From Candidatus Acidiferrales bacterium (GTDB lineage: Bacteria > Acidobacteriota > Terriglobia > Bryobacterales > Bryobacteraceae): a stretch of 64,000 nucleotides of DNA. The DNA lies in contig DATMNI010000373.1 of assembly GCA_035570275.1 (NCBI GenBank), forward strand, positions 38,464 through 102,463. The letters are read 5' to 3'. This document shows, in pieces, positions 37,801 to 45,730 of this stretch (the first letter of the stretch is position 1; each line of letters opens with the position of its first letter). Below the pieces are notes generated by a model. The model saw only the letters and a list, made by a program, of their open reading frames with translations, was not told the origin of the DNA and made no database searches. Made by a program: the position numbers and the translations under genes.

Positions 37801-38023
37801 GCACCACGTAATCTTCGGGCAGCAGATACCGCACTTCGTATTGGCCATCGGCCGTGGTCACCACGGATTTAGTGAATCCGATGGCGGCGCTGGTAATGGT
37901 AACGGTGGCGCCCACGATGACGGAGCCGCTCTGATCGGTGACCGTGCCCAGAATGCCGGTGTCAGCCGATTGCCCGAATAGAGCAACGGCAAAAGCAGCA
38001 ATTGCAAAAGCTAGACGTTTCAT
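34826..38023 (-). CDS. TonB-dependent receptor with carboxypeptidase-regulatory-like domain
   Basis: Signal peptide, GILGTVTDQSGSVIVGATVTI (CarboxypepD_reg), plug, long barrel and terminal ..LKYSF. Confidence 0.85.
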   Translation of the reverse strand: MKRLAFAIAAFAVALFGQSADTGILGTVTDQSGSVIVGATVTITSAAIGFTKSVVTTADGQYEVRYLLPEDYVVQVRMNGFRQERTAGITLRIGQLPRVDFKLQVGAVTEAVEVSAQGVLLDTQSATMAATVSEERIVDLPLNGRNYVSLGNLTPGVVASGTSFAANGARSFYEQISYDGTNVIQQRSNNGAPPPIIDAIQEFKIQTGDYSAEYGGNAGANVQVQLRSGTNRLHAGAWDFLRNNDLDARGYFRPAPQPKNILRQNQFGGIASGPIRKDKTFYMVSYEGTRTNSESPSSSLVMTAAQLGGNFSGSKTIVDPTTGIAFPGNIIPANRLNPVSLNIANTYFPQPNVASTVANLSGVSTTLTTNDQVLTRIDQTFGTKDQVFGHYTFNRNYAPNVGLDPPFGSLPRTRNQGVAAQWLHTFSPTKINMIEFGYNRSSLRELSPLAGTSFDAAKTLGINGLLIGGPGGTPLSGVNAGFPSIGISGYLGIGDSTGGQGLDGSHTHQLLDVLTMIKGAHTLKIGADVRKLADDANTTNQPFGSLTFNGNISNNAAADYLLGYPYSSVTPQGIPVSGVRQWRYGFFFNDDWKVSSRLTVNLGARYDLLPVPHDAVGTSRTLRWDQPPVFACSGMFPVVGTCLASSTPSLFPNPGQTVPLWNNEYWHIGPRVGLAYRLTANTVFRAGYGIFTVTPNFDQINTLQNNPPIGANITAVNTTVNPIATIQNPFPQALISTGGTPIYNYVSIEPNQQHINPYYQNWNATLGHEFTKNDVLEVRYVGGKGTFLDSSLLNYNSPPPGPGAIQPRRPFPTLGEIRMWASDGNSNYNAMQVQYEHRFGHGLSATASYSWSHLIDDQGSNLNGSRAQAQDPRCSRCNMRADSANDVRNRLVAGWTWRIPFGSQLKGIAGAVVSGWDIGGILTEQSGNPMFITENGDPQNVDANSSGYVESRPNLVAGQNVHVANPGPNLWFNTAAFSNTGMSFGNSPRNPLVAPGLHTLDASLSKSFRMPYKESHRLLLRLEAFNSTNTPQWSKPGTTLGTSTFGIVTSAGSNRVVQAALKYSF

Positions 38024-38488
38024 TTTTTTTGCCCCCTCAAGACTCCAGGCCGCTACCGGGCGGTCGAGACAACGATACTAACTCAGTATGGGAGAAATTC
38101 TACATCATCCGTTGGCGGCGCACAAACGCTCTCCCAGGCGGACGACATCTGTGCGGAGACAAAGGTTGGTCAGGAGAGTTGTCGCGCGTTTCCCGTTTTG
38201 GACTCTTTGTGGTACGGCGACCTAGGTCGGTCATTTCAGAAATACGCCGACGTATCGGCAAACCGCTTGCTAACGCGCGCGGCTCCGATCAGAGCCGCGG
38301 CCGTTAGGGAGCGGTTTTCGTCGAAATACGCGACTGTATTTATGAAACGGTGTACTAAGCCATCCTGCCTGATCCGCCAGATACTGAGCTAGCACCTTCC
38401 CCGAGAACCCCTGTTACACTACCACGTGGGGCATGGCGGTCGCAGATATTAGACGGCGGAGATGGACAATCCGCGAGGTCCAGCAGCC

Positions 38489-38769
38489 CTATAGAAGGTG
38501 CGGCTCCACAAGAAAGAGTCTTGGATCAAAACGAAACGGCCGGGCTTGACTCCACACAATGCGGGCGAAGCCGGGGTGTTTCGGGTTCAGCAGAATATTG
38601 AACTCTTCCGGAATGACGGCCGAGGCACCCGCAGAGCAGTCTCATTGGCGGCGCGGACCCATTCGTGACCAGCACTTTGGCAGGATGTGATGCTGTTGAG
38701 ATTCTGAAATTGCAGCACGGCTGGCGTCTCAGGCAAGTCTGCGTGCCGCGCGGTGCATTCGGTGGACCC
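38489..38769 (-). pseudogene. RES-domain toxin remnant (C-terminal part only, frameshifted)
   Basis: Minus-strand reading gives ..SCQSAGHEWVRAANETALRV, then a 1-nt frame change near 38624..38626, then SAVIPEEFNILLNPKHPGFARIVWSQARPFRFDPRLF. This is the characteristic RES C-terminus (VPS.v.p.e.N.llNP.HP.f). The N-terminal RES motif region is absent. Confidence 0.6.
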
Positions 38770-38781
38770 TCATTGCCAGAT

Positions 38782-38979
38782 CTACGAGAAAACGCCGTAA
38801 TCGATTCGAATCAGAACTTCTAGCACCTGGCGTTGCTGTGCAGGGTCACCAGTCGCCACCAGGTCCCTGGGAGATCGGCCGCCGAAGATATCGCGTGGAG
38901 AGTCCATCCAGCTTCGTGCTATAGCCTCATCACCGAATACTTCCAGGGCGCGGCTCCAGACGGAATTGGCACTCGACGA
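38782..38979 (-). pseudogene. Xre-type antitoxin remnant (DUF2384 / MbcA-ParS toxin-binding C-terminal domain only)
   Basis: Reads SVWSRALEVFGDEAIARSWMDSPRDIFGGRSPRDLVATGDPAQQRQVLEVLIRIDYGVFS*, matching the DUF2384 consensus (A..W....n..lgG..P.dl..t..G...v...L.ri..G). It is bounded upstream by the TGA at 38980..38982 and has no start codon or HTH part. Confidence 0.6.
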
Positions 38980-39217
38980 TCAAGCTGCGCTGCCAATCGT
39001 TGCGGAGAAGTCGGGCTTGGCAAGCTATCCATAATCCCGATTCTACCTTACCCCACTCCGCTCGGCGAACGCCGTTTGCGCGAACCACCGATCCGGACAA
39101 CGAAACCAGGAAAGTGGAGAGATCGTAAATCATCGGGTCGCGACCGCAAACAGCACATCGGGAGTGAGGTGTTGCCGAATTCGCTTCCGACAGGCCTCGC
39201 TGCAAGCGGCATCCGGT

Positions 39218-42200
39218 TCAGCCGGAAGCCGCCGAGCGTTTCCGTTTCGCGACGCGGGAGATGTGGTATTGAAGATAGACCTGACCGAAGAAAACCAGCA
39301 TTTGCCCACTCAGTCTCCGTTCCATCCGGCCCGTCGATCCATAGTAAAGTTCCAAGGATCTCCTGATGCTGAAGTTTCCCATCTGATAAAAGAGGAAACA
39401 CGCTACATAAAGCAGCCAATAAAATAGCCCAACGTACCCGCCCACGGTCACGGAACCGAAAATCACGAGCATCGCGAACTGTACGGCAAGTAGCCCCAGG
39501 AACCACTCGTACCAAAGCGTCGCCCTGCTGTCCACGTCGATTTTGCGCGCAAAAGTTGCCTGCACAAAACACCAGATTATGCCGAAAATTGTCTGGCTGC
39601 TGCCGCTCCCCGAAGAGGGCGTGACGGACACAATCGTTGGCACAGCCGCCGACGTTCCCGGCACAGACCACGTCGCAACCTGCCGATTGCCCGGGTGCGA
39701 ACCGTTCAGGCTGGAGACATCCGCCACCACGATGCGCGATCCGGCGAAAGCGCCGGTGAATTGCACCGCCAGATTCAGCGTCACCACATTGCCCGAACCC
39801 TGCGCCGAAGACGCGGCTCCGTTGATCGAGCAGTAGCTGTGCTGCACGGTCCCGGAACTCCCGGCGGCTACCGGGCCCAGCCACACCGATTCGTCTTGGG
39901 AGGCCAGGTAGATGGCGCCGGTTCGTACAAAGAAGACATGGCAGCGCAACCCGTCGTTGCCCGTGAACACAATCTCGGCCGAAGAGATGGATGCGTACCC
40001 GTCTGTGTCGGACAACTGAAATGCAAAGGTCTGGCTGCTGCCGCTCCCCGAAGAGGGTGTAACGGACAGAATCGACGGCACAGCCGAATTCCCCGGCACG
40101 GACCAGGTTGCGATCTGGCGGCTGCCCGGGTGAAAGCTATTGGTGGCGTAAACATCCCCGGAAAGCGTACGCGATCCCGAGTAGGCCGGCGTGAAACTCA
40201 CCGCGAGGTTCAGCGTCACACTGTTCCCCGCACTTGTATAGGAAGACCCAGCCGCGTTCAACGTGCAAAGGGTGTGCTGCAATGAGTTCGGGGCGCCGGC
40301 GGTAATCGGCCCCAGCCATTTCGATTCGTCGAGCGACGCGAGATAGAGGAAGCCGCTTGCGGGAACGAAGAGGATGTGGCAGCGCAGCGCGTCTGCGCCG
40401 TTGAACAGAAACTCCCCTGCGACAATGGCCGCGTAACCGTCGGCATCCGACATCTGGATTGCGAACGTCTGGCTGCTGCCGCTACCTGAAGACGGGGACA
40501 CCGAAGTGATCGACGGGATGGAAGTGACGCCGGGAACGGTCCACGCCGCCGTCTGACGCAACCCTGTATGCAGGGCGTTTATTCCGTATGCATCCACCGA
40601 CAGCGTTCGCGCTCCGGCGAAGGCCGTTGTGAACCCAAGCGACAAATTCAGGAGAATTCCATTGCCCGACGCCGTTACTGAAGAGTTGGCGGCGCTCGCC
40701 CAGCAATAGGTGTTCTGTAGCAGCGCGGAACTTCCCAGCAGCACCGGACCCAGCCACGCTGCGTCATTGTCGGTGGCCAGCGAAAGGGTTCCGCCACTGC
40801 CCACATAACGCAGGTGGCAACGCAGGTTGTCGGTGCCTGTCAACAGGATGTCTGCGGACGCGATGGCCGCATATCCGTCGGTATCTAACAATTGGATGGT
40901 GAAAATCTGGCTGCTACCGCCACCCGATGAGGGTGCGACCGAAACGATCGACGGCGGCATATTCGACGAAGGCAGGACCCCGGTCAGTTTGACGACAAAG
41001 GCGTCGGGGTCGTGCTGAGTGGCCGGCCGCTGTCCGACACCATCCGCAGCCAGGAAGTCGTCGGCCGAGGTGTACCCCGCCACATATACCGAAGATGCCC
41101 AATCCAGTGCGAGACCGGCGATCACGGTAGGCGCGCTTCCCCGGAGCAGCAACGATGCGACCAGCGCTGTTCCACCGGGATTGACGACCGAAAGGAAGGC
41201 CTGCTGGCCGCTACCGCCCGTGACCGGTTGCGTTCCGACCAGTGGGAAATCGCCTGAAAAGGTGAAACCGGCGGCGTAAGCGTTCCCAGCGCTGTCGACG
41301 GCGAGGGCGGTTGCCGCATCCGACTGCGTACCGCCAAGGTACGTCATGTAAGCCAGGCTCGTGCCGGAGTATTTGGCGACAAACGCGTCGTAAGAACCGC
41401 GCGATACTCGCTGCACGGCCCCGCTGGTAACGGGAAGATCGATCGACAGTGTGGTTCCGGCTACGTAAACGCCGCCCGCGGTATCCAGTGCGATGGCGCT
41501 TCCGTAGTCCGCTCCGCTGCCCCCCAGATAGGTTGAAAACTGGATCGCGGACCCGGTGCTATTGATCTTGGTCAGGAAACCGTCGCCCTGGCCTTTTTGT
41601 GAGGCCTGCACCGCGGAGACCATGGGAAAATCGCTCGAAGCGGTGGACCCGGTCACATAGGCGGACCCCGCGGAATCCAACGCGACAGCGTACGCCAGAT
41701 CGACATCCGAGCCGCCGAGGTAAGTGGCGTAGGATAGCGCCCCCGCGACCGTGAATCGCGCCAGAAAGGCATCGTAGCTGCCGCCGCCGTAGCGAGATTG
41801 CGCCGCTCCGTTCGTCACGGGGAAATCCTGCGAATTCGTATAGCCCGTCACCACCGCCTCGCCCTGCGGCGTTACCGCCAGACCGGTTGCCTGATCGTCC
41901 CCGGCGCCTCCCAATAGAGTGGAGTACAATAACGTCGCCCCGTTGGCGCTCAGTTTGCAAAAGAATGCATCCACCTGGCCGGCCCCTGTGCGCCGCAGGG
42001 CTCCCGCCGTTGTGGGAAAGTCGGTGGCGTTGGTCATTCCGGCAACGTACACGGAACCGGCCGTGTCCAGCGCGATGCCCCTTCCACCAATCCTGCCGTT
42101 GCCGCTCAGGATCGCCGTGTAGACTACCCGGCCGGTCGAAGCATCCAGCTTGGTCACGAAGGTGGCCGGGTTGCGCGCGTCGTATACCGTCTGCAAACCG

Positions 42201-42988
42201 GGAAAATTTAGCGATCCGGTCTCACCGATGACATATGCCGAGCCGCTGGCATCTACCGTGATCCCGTATGCATAGTCCGACCCGGTGCCTCCCAGGTAGC
42301 CGGCGTAACTGACCAGGGGATCGATGATCAAGGGCCGGCTGTGATCGTAGGCCCCGACTTCGAAGCCGATTTCACCCGGGCCGATCTCCCGAAACGATAC
42401 CTCGACTTCACGTGTCACACCATCGGCTTCCTGATAGGCGACCGGTTCATGGTGTATCAGTTGTTCACCGGAATTCAAAGTCATTGTCAAGCCCATCTTC
42501 CGCCGGTGGGACGGCGCCCTGCCGAAACGCATGAGAATGCGAGAAGCATCGGCGCCGGGATCGACCGTGATGTCGTACTCAAGCGCGTGATGCGTGCCAT
42601 GCCAGGCCAGGTGCACTCCCGGGTACAGATCGCGGCATTCGATGCGATCGTACGCCCGCCGCGCAACGGAGGAAGCGCTCGTATGATAGTAGACGGTGCT
42701 GGAAGCCCCCGCTCCGGCAAATCTGGCGCTCGGGTTGGCGCCCACGAACTGTACCGGCGCCACCTCACCCTTACGGGTGCGAAATGTAGCCGTTGTCGAA
42801 TCGAATGCTACTTCCAAGCCCGCTGCGCGTACCACAAAGGTTCGCCCGTTTCCGATGTTGACAGCTTCTTCGAACTGCAGCGGCATGTCGCCCCGGCCCG
42901 CCTGTGAATAAGATGCTGCCGGCGCAGCGGCAATGAGGAAACCTAGGGCAATTCCCACCATTGCTCCTGCTCGTTGGGGATTCGTCAT
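39218..42988 (-). CDS. Large secreted SBBP beta-propeller-repeat protein with three 146-aa Ig-like tandem repeats and a chimeric C-terminal membrane segment
   Basis: Signal peptide. About 8 SBBP-type repeats (Y.TYLGG...D.A.AIAVD..G.AYV.G.T.S.DFP). Then 3.1 repeats starting (V/I)PS I.SV.PSSGSGSSQTF. The last 124 aa are hydrophobic and unrelated. Confidence 0.8.
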   Translation of the reverse strand: MTNPQRAGAMVGIALGFLIAAAPAASYSQAGRGDMPLQFEEAVNIGNGRTFVVRAAGLEVAFDSTTATFRTRKGEVAPVQFVGANPSARFAGAGASSTVYYHTSASSVARRAYDRIECRDLYPGVHLAWHGTHHALEYDITVDPGADASRILMRFGRAPSHRRKMGLTMTLNSGEQLIHHEPVAYQEADGVTREVEVSFREIGPGEIGFEVGAYDHSRPLIIDPLVSYAGYLGGTGSDYAYGITVDASGSAYVIGETGSLNFPGLQTVYDARNPATFVTKLDASTGRVVYTAILSGNGRIGGRGIALDTAGSVYVAGMTNATDFPTTAGALRRTGAGQVDAFFCKLSANGATLLYSTLLGGAGDDQATGLAVTPQGEAVVTGYTNSQDFPVTNGAAQSRYGGGSYDAFLARFTVAGALSYATYLGGSDVDLAYAVALDSAGSAYVTGSTASSDFPMVSAVQASQKGQGDGFLTKINSTGSAIQFSTYLGGSGADYGSAIALDTAGGVYVAGTTLSIDLPVTSGAVQRVSRGSYDAFVAKYSGTSLAYMTYLGGTQSDAATALAVDSAGNAYAAGFTFSGDFPLVGTQPVTGGSGQQAFLSVVNPGGTALVASLLLRGSAPTVIAGLALDWASSVYVAGYTSADDFLAADGVGQRPATQHDPDAFVVKLTGVLPSSNMPPSIVSVAPSSGGGSSQIFTIQLLDTDGYAAIASADILLTGTDNLRCHLRYVGSGGTLSLATDNDAAWLGPVLLGSSALLQNTYCWASAANSSVTASGNGILLNLSLGFTTAFAGARTLSVDAYGINALHTGLRQTAAWTVPGVTSIPSITSVSPSSGSGSSQTFAIQMSDADGYAAIVAGEFLFNGADALRCHILFVPASGFLYLASLDESKWLGPITAGAPNSLQHTLCTLNAAGSSYTSAGNSVTLNLAVSFTPAYSGSRTLSGDVYATNSFHPGSRQIATWSVPGNSAVPSILSVTPSSGSGSSQTFAFQLSDTDGYASISSAEIVFTGNDGLRCHVFFVRTGAIYLASQDESVWLGPVAAGSSGTVQHSYCSINGAASSAQGSGNVVTLNLAVQFTGAFAGSRIVVADVSSLNGSHPGNRQVATWSVPGTSAAVPTIVSVTPSSGSGSSQTIFGIIWCFVQATFARKIDVDSRATLWYEWFLGLLAVQFAMLVIFGSVTVGGYVGLFYWLLYVACFLFYQMGNFSIRRSLELYYGSTGRMERRLSGQMLVFFGQVYLQYHISRVAKRKRSAASG
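39591..40960. repeat. 438-bp in-frame tandem repeat array (3 full units plus a roughly 55-bp start of a fourth) inside the SBBP gene
   Basis: The anchor ctggctgc(t)(g/a)ccgc recurs at 39593, 40031, 40469 and 40907, an exact 438-nt spacing. Confidence 0.85.
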
Positions 42989-43153
42989 AAACCTACTGAT
43001 CGTCGGGTCGGCTGGGAAACTTTAGGCTCAGGCGCCTCCACTGGGAAGCCGTGCTCCAGCGAGACCGCGCCAACGGTCGGGACGTCGCGCCAGTGTCCTG
43101 CGATCGGCCCTCCGCGGTGCCGCGACCGGTGCGGGTATGATGAAATTGAAACT

Positions 43154-43747
43154 ATGGCGAATTCCGCACCTCCGTCCGACTCTGGAACTGGCGAGCCGGG
43201 TGCCACCCAGGAGGAGTTGCGCGCCCAGATCGCGGTCTTGTTGCGCGAAAGAGCGTGGACCCGGGAACAGCACCGGCGTTGGGGCGAGGAGCGTCAGGCC
43301 CTTCTTGCGGAGTGCCGGCAACTCGGCGCCGACCTCAACCAGATGCACGCGATCCACCCACCGAGCCCTTCCGTCGAAGAGCCCGCCTCAGCCTCGCCAG
43401 GCGCGGAAACCGCAGAGGCGGGAACCAGCCCGCGCTTTCGCCTCAATGCCTGGAGCGACGAAAGGCGACAACTGAACCAGAATCTGGAAGAGTGCAAGGC
43501 CTGGATCGCCGAATTGGAACAGGCCAAGACCTGGTACCTGGAGCAGGAGGCTGCCTGGACGAATGAAAGGCGGCAACTGGTCGGGACCCTGGACGAGTGT
43601 AGGGTCTGGATCGGCGAATTGGAGCAGGCCAAGGCCTGGTACCTACAGCAGGAGGCTGCATGGGCCGATGAAAGGCGGCAACTGGTCGGGACCCTGGACG
43701 AGTGTAGGGTCTGCATCGCCGACTTGCAGAAGGCCAAAGAATGGTAG
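43154..43747 (+). CDS. Repeat coiled-coil protein (197 aa), no enzymatic domain
   Basis: ATG at 43154. The C-terminal half is three 35-aa units ERRQL...L.EC..WI.ELEQAK.WYL.QEAAW... Ends at a TAG that replaces the repeat-conserved Tyr codon. Confidence 0.65.
   Translation: MANSAPPSDSGTGEPGATQEELRAQIAVLLRERAWTREQHRRWGEERQALLAECRQLGADLNQMHAIHPPSPSVEEPASASPGAETAEAGTSPRFRLNAWSDERRQLNQNLEECKAWIAELEQAKTWYLEQEAAWTNERRQLVGTLDECRVWIGELEQAKAWYLQQEAAWADERRQLVGTLDECRVCIADLQKAKEW
43460..43747. repeat. 105-nt in-frame tandem repeats (2.7 units; units 2 and 3 share an identical 44-nt stretch)
   Basis: Units start with gaaagg at 43460, 43565 and 43670. The shared stretch gaaaggcggcaactggtcgggaccctggacgagtgtagggtctg is identical in units 2 and 3. 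Confidence 0.85.
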
Positions 43748-43985
43748 GTAGAACAGAATCAGGCTTGGGAGCAGCGGTTGGCTAATGGACAGGGCGGCGG
43801 GCCTGGTTGGCGGGCCTAGTTGACATGGCAGGCCATCCGCGGAATGCCGTGCAAAGGCAGTGGGATGCATCGGTGCTCACGTCGGCGTGCTTGTCCGGGA
43901 TTGCCAAGTCCCTGAAGGCGGTCAATGCCCATCGTGTCAATTCTCTTCGCCGCATTTCTGGTGCCGGCGTGATACGCTTATCTGG

Positions 43986-44672
43986 ATGGATCCGCGAGAC
44001 GATCTGGATCAGATTGCCTTGGCCCCGGTCGAAGCCTTTATGGGGACCGCGGTGGGCTACTACGACGAAGCCGAGCCAGGCATGGACGTTCAATGGAACG
44101 GTCTGATTTGGCCACAAATCAAAAGCCTGAACTTCGATATCGCGCTGGATTTTGCAGCCGGCCATGGCCGAAATACCGCGAAGCTTGCGTCGCTGGCGAA
44201 GCAACTGTACGTGGTCGATGCCAATCCGGAAGCGGTGCAGTTTCTTCGCGAACGTTTTTCGGATCACGATCAAACGCGTTGCTCGCTCCAGGTGATCCAC
44301 AATAACGGTAAGGATTTACGCGACGTGCCGTCGAACGCGATTTCGTTGCTTTACTCCTTCGATTCGATGGTGCATTTTGAAAAACGCCTGGTTGAGTCGT
44401 ATATGCCGGAGTTCCAGCGTGTGATGGCTCCCGGTGCCTACGGATTTGTGCACCATTCCAATTTTGGGCGCGTCTCGCAGGACCCGGATTTTCGCCAACA
44501 CCCGGCCTGGCGCTCCAACGTGGATATCGACTTCTTCGCGCAGTGCTGTTTTCGCCATAAGCTTCTGGCCGTCCGGCAGACGCCGATCTCCTGGTTTGTC
44601 GGTGAAGTGCTGATAGAGGATCTGGACTGCCTGTCGATCATTTACAAGCCTTCGCTGTGGTTGGGGGCGTAA
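43986..44672 (+). CDS. Class I SAM-dependent methyltransferase
   Basis: ATG at 43986. Motif I ALDFAAGHGRNT. Post-I acidic residue (VVDAN). Methyltransf_11/23-like length. Confidence 0.75.
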   Translation: MDPRDDLDQIALAPVEAFMGTAVGYYDEAEPGMDVQWNGLIWPQIKSLNFDIALDFAAGHGRNTAKLASLAKQLYVVDANPEAVQFLRERFSDHDQTRCSLQVIHNNGKDLRDVPSNAISLLYSFDSMVHFEKRLVESYMPEFQRVMAPGAYGFVHHSNFGRVSQDPDFRQHPAWRSNVDIDFFAQCCFRHKLLAVRQTPISWFVGEVLIEDLDCLSIIYKPSLWLGA

Positions 44673-44689
44673 GCCGCCGTCGCGATCAT

Positions 44690-45730
44690 ATGTATCCATC
44701 CATGATTCAGGTAGGCGTAATCGGCTACGGATACTGGGGGCCGAACCTCGTACGGAACTTCGCGGAAACGGACGGATACCGTCTCAGATCGGTGTGCGAC
44801 GGCAGAGCGGAGCGTACCGCCCTCGCACAGAAACGCTATCCAGGCATACGGGGATGCATGGACCCGCAGGAACTGATCGCCGATCCCTCCGTGGACCTGA
44901 TCGCCGTCTCCACTCCCGTATCGACGCACTTCCCTCTCGCGATGCAAGCCCTGCAGGCCGGCAAGCACGTACTGGTCGAAAAGCCAATGGCCATGACTAC
45001 CGACGAGTGCGCCCGGCTGATCGACGAAGCGGCTCGCCGCAACCTTGTGCTTATGGTGGACCACACGTTCGTGTACACCAGCGCGGTGCGCAAGATGCAG
45101 GAACTGGTGGCTGACGGATCCCTGGGTACCATCTATTACTACGACTCCGTCCGGGTCAACCTGGGTCTGTTTCAACACGATATCAACGTGATCTGGGATC
45201 TGGCCGTGCACGATCTGGCAATCATGAGCTATGTGCTTCCCGTGCAACCGGTAGCGGTTTCGGCGACCGGTATCAGTCACCTGGCCGGCGGGCATGAGAA
45301 TATCGCCTACCTGACCATGTTTTTCGATGACAAGGTGATTGCCCACGTTCACGTCAACTGGCTGGCGCCCGTCAAAGTCCGCAGCACACTGCTGGGGGGC
45401 AGCCGGCGGATGATTGTGTTCGACGACCTGGAACCCAGCGAGAAGATTAAGGTATACGACCGCGGCATTACGGTCAGTTCGAACCCGGAAGACGTTTACC
45501 AGATGCTGGTTGGGTATCGATCCGGCGACATGTGGTCACCGCACCTTGACACCAGCGAGGCGCTGCGCGTCGAGGTCTCCCATCTGCTGGATTGCATCCA
45601 CCACTCCCGGCAGCCGGTGACGGGCGGACAGGCTGGTTTTGACGTAGTCCGGATTCTGGAGGCCTCCACCAGGTCGCTTCGGGAGCATGGCCGTCCGGTC
45701 GAGTTGGCAGCCCGGGGAGCACACGCTTGA
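44690..45730 (+). CDS. Gfo/Idh/MocA oxidoreductase, WbpB/GnnA-like nucleotide-sugar 3-dehydrogenase candidate
   Basis: IQVGVIGYGYWGPNLVRNF Rossmann motif and EKP motif (VLVEKPM). Alternative start at 44702. Followed by a DegT aminotransferase and an acyltransferase. Confidence 0.8.
   Translation: MYPSMIQVGVIGYGYWGPNLVRNFAETDGYRLRSVCDGRAERTALAQKRYPGIRGCMDPQELIADPSVDLIAVSTPVSTHFPLAMQALQAGKHVLVEKPMAMTTDECARLIDEAARRNLVLMVDHTFVYTSAVRKMQELVADGSLGTIYYYDSVRVNLGLFQHDINVIWDLAVHDLAIMSYVLPVQPVAVSATGISHLAGGHENIAYLTMFFDDKVIAHVHVNWLAPVKVRSTLLGGSRRMIVFDDLEPSEKIKVYDRGITVSSNPEDVYQMLVGYRSGDMWSPHLDTSEALRVEVSHLLDCIHHSRQPVTGGQAGFDVVRILEASTRSLREHGRPVELAARGAHA

Noticed and set aside
38002-39366. Track ORFs in the 38.0-39.4 kb gap (38002..38307, 38198..38392, 38833..39366, 38930..39205, 39048..39884, 39164..39427).
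   Set aside because: None has family features. The only protein-like readings in the gap are the start-less RES and DUF2384 fragments, which the ORF track misses.
39591-43747. Considered whether the 438-bp and 105-bp tandem arrays could be CRISPR arrays or a DGR template/variable repeat pair.
   Set aside because: The units are contiguous, with no spacers, and are in frame and coding. No cas genes or reverse transcriptase are in the window. Differences between units are not adenine-specific.
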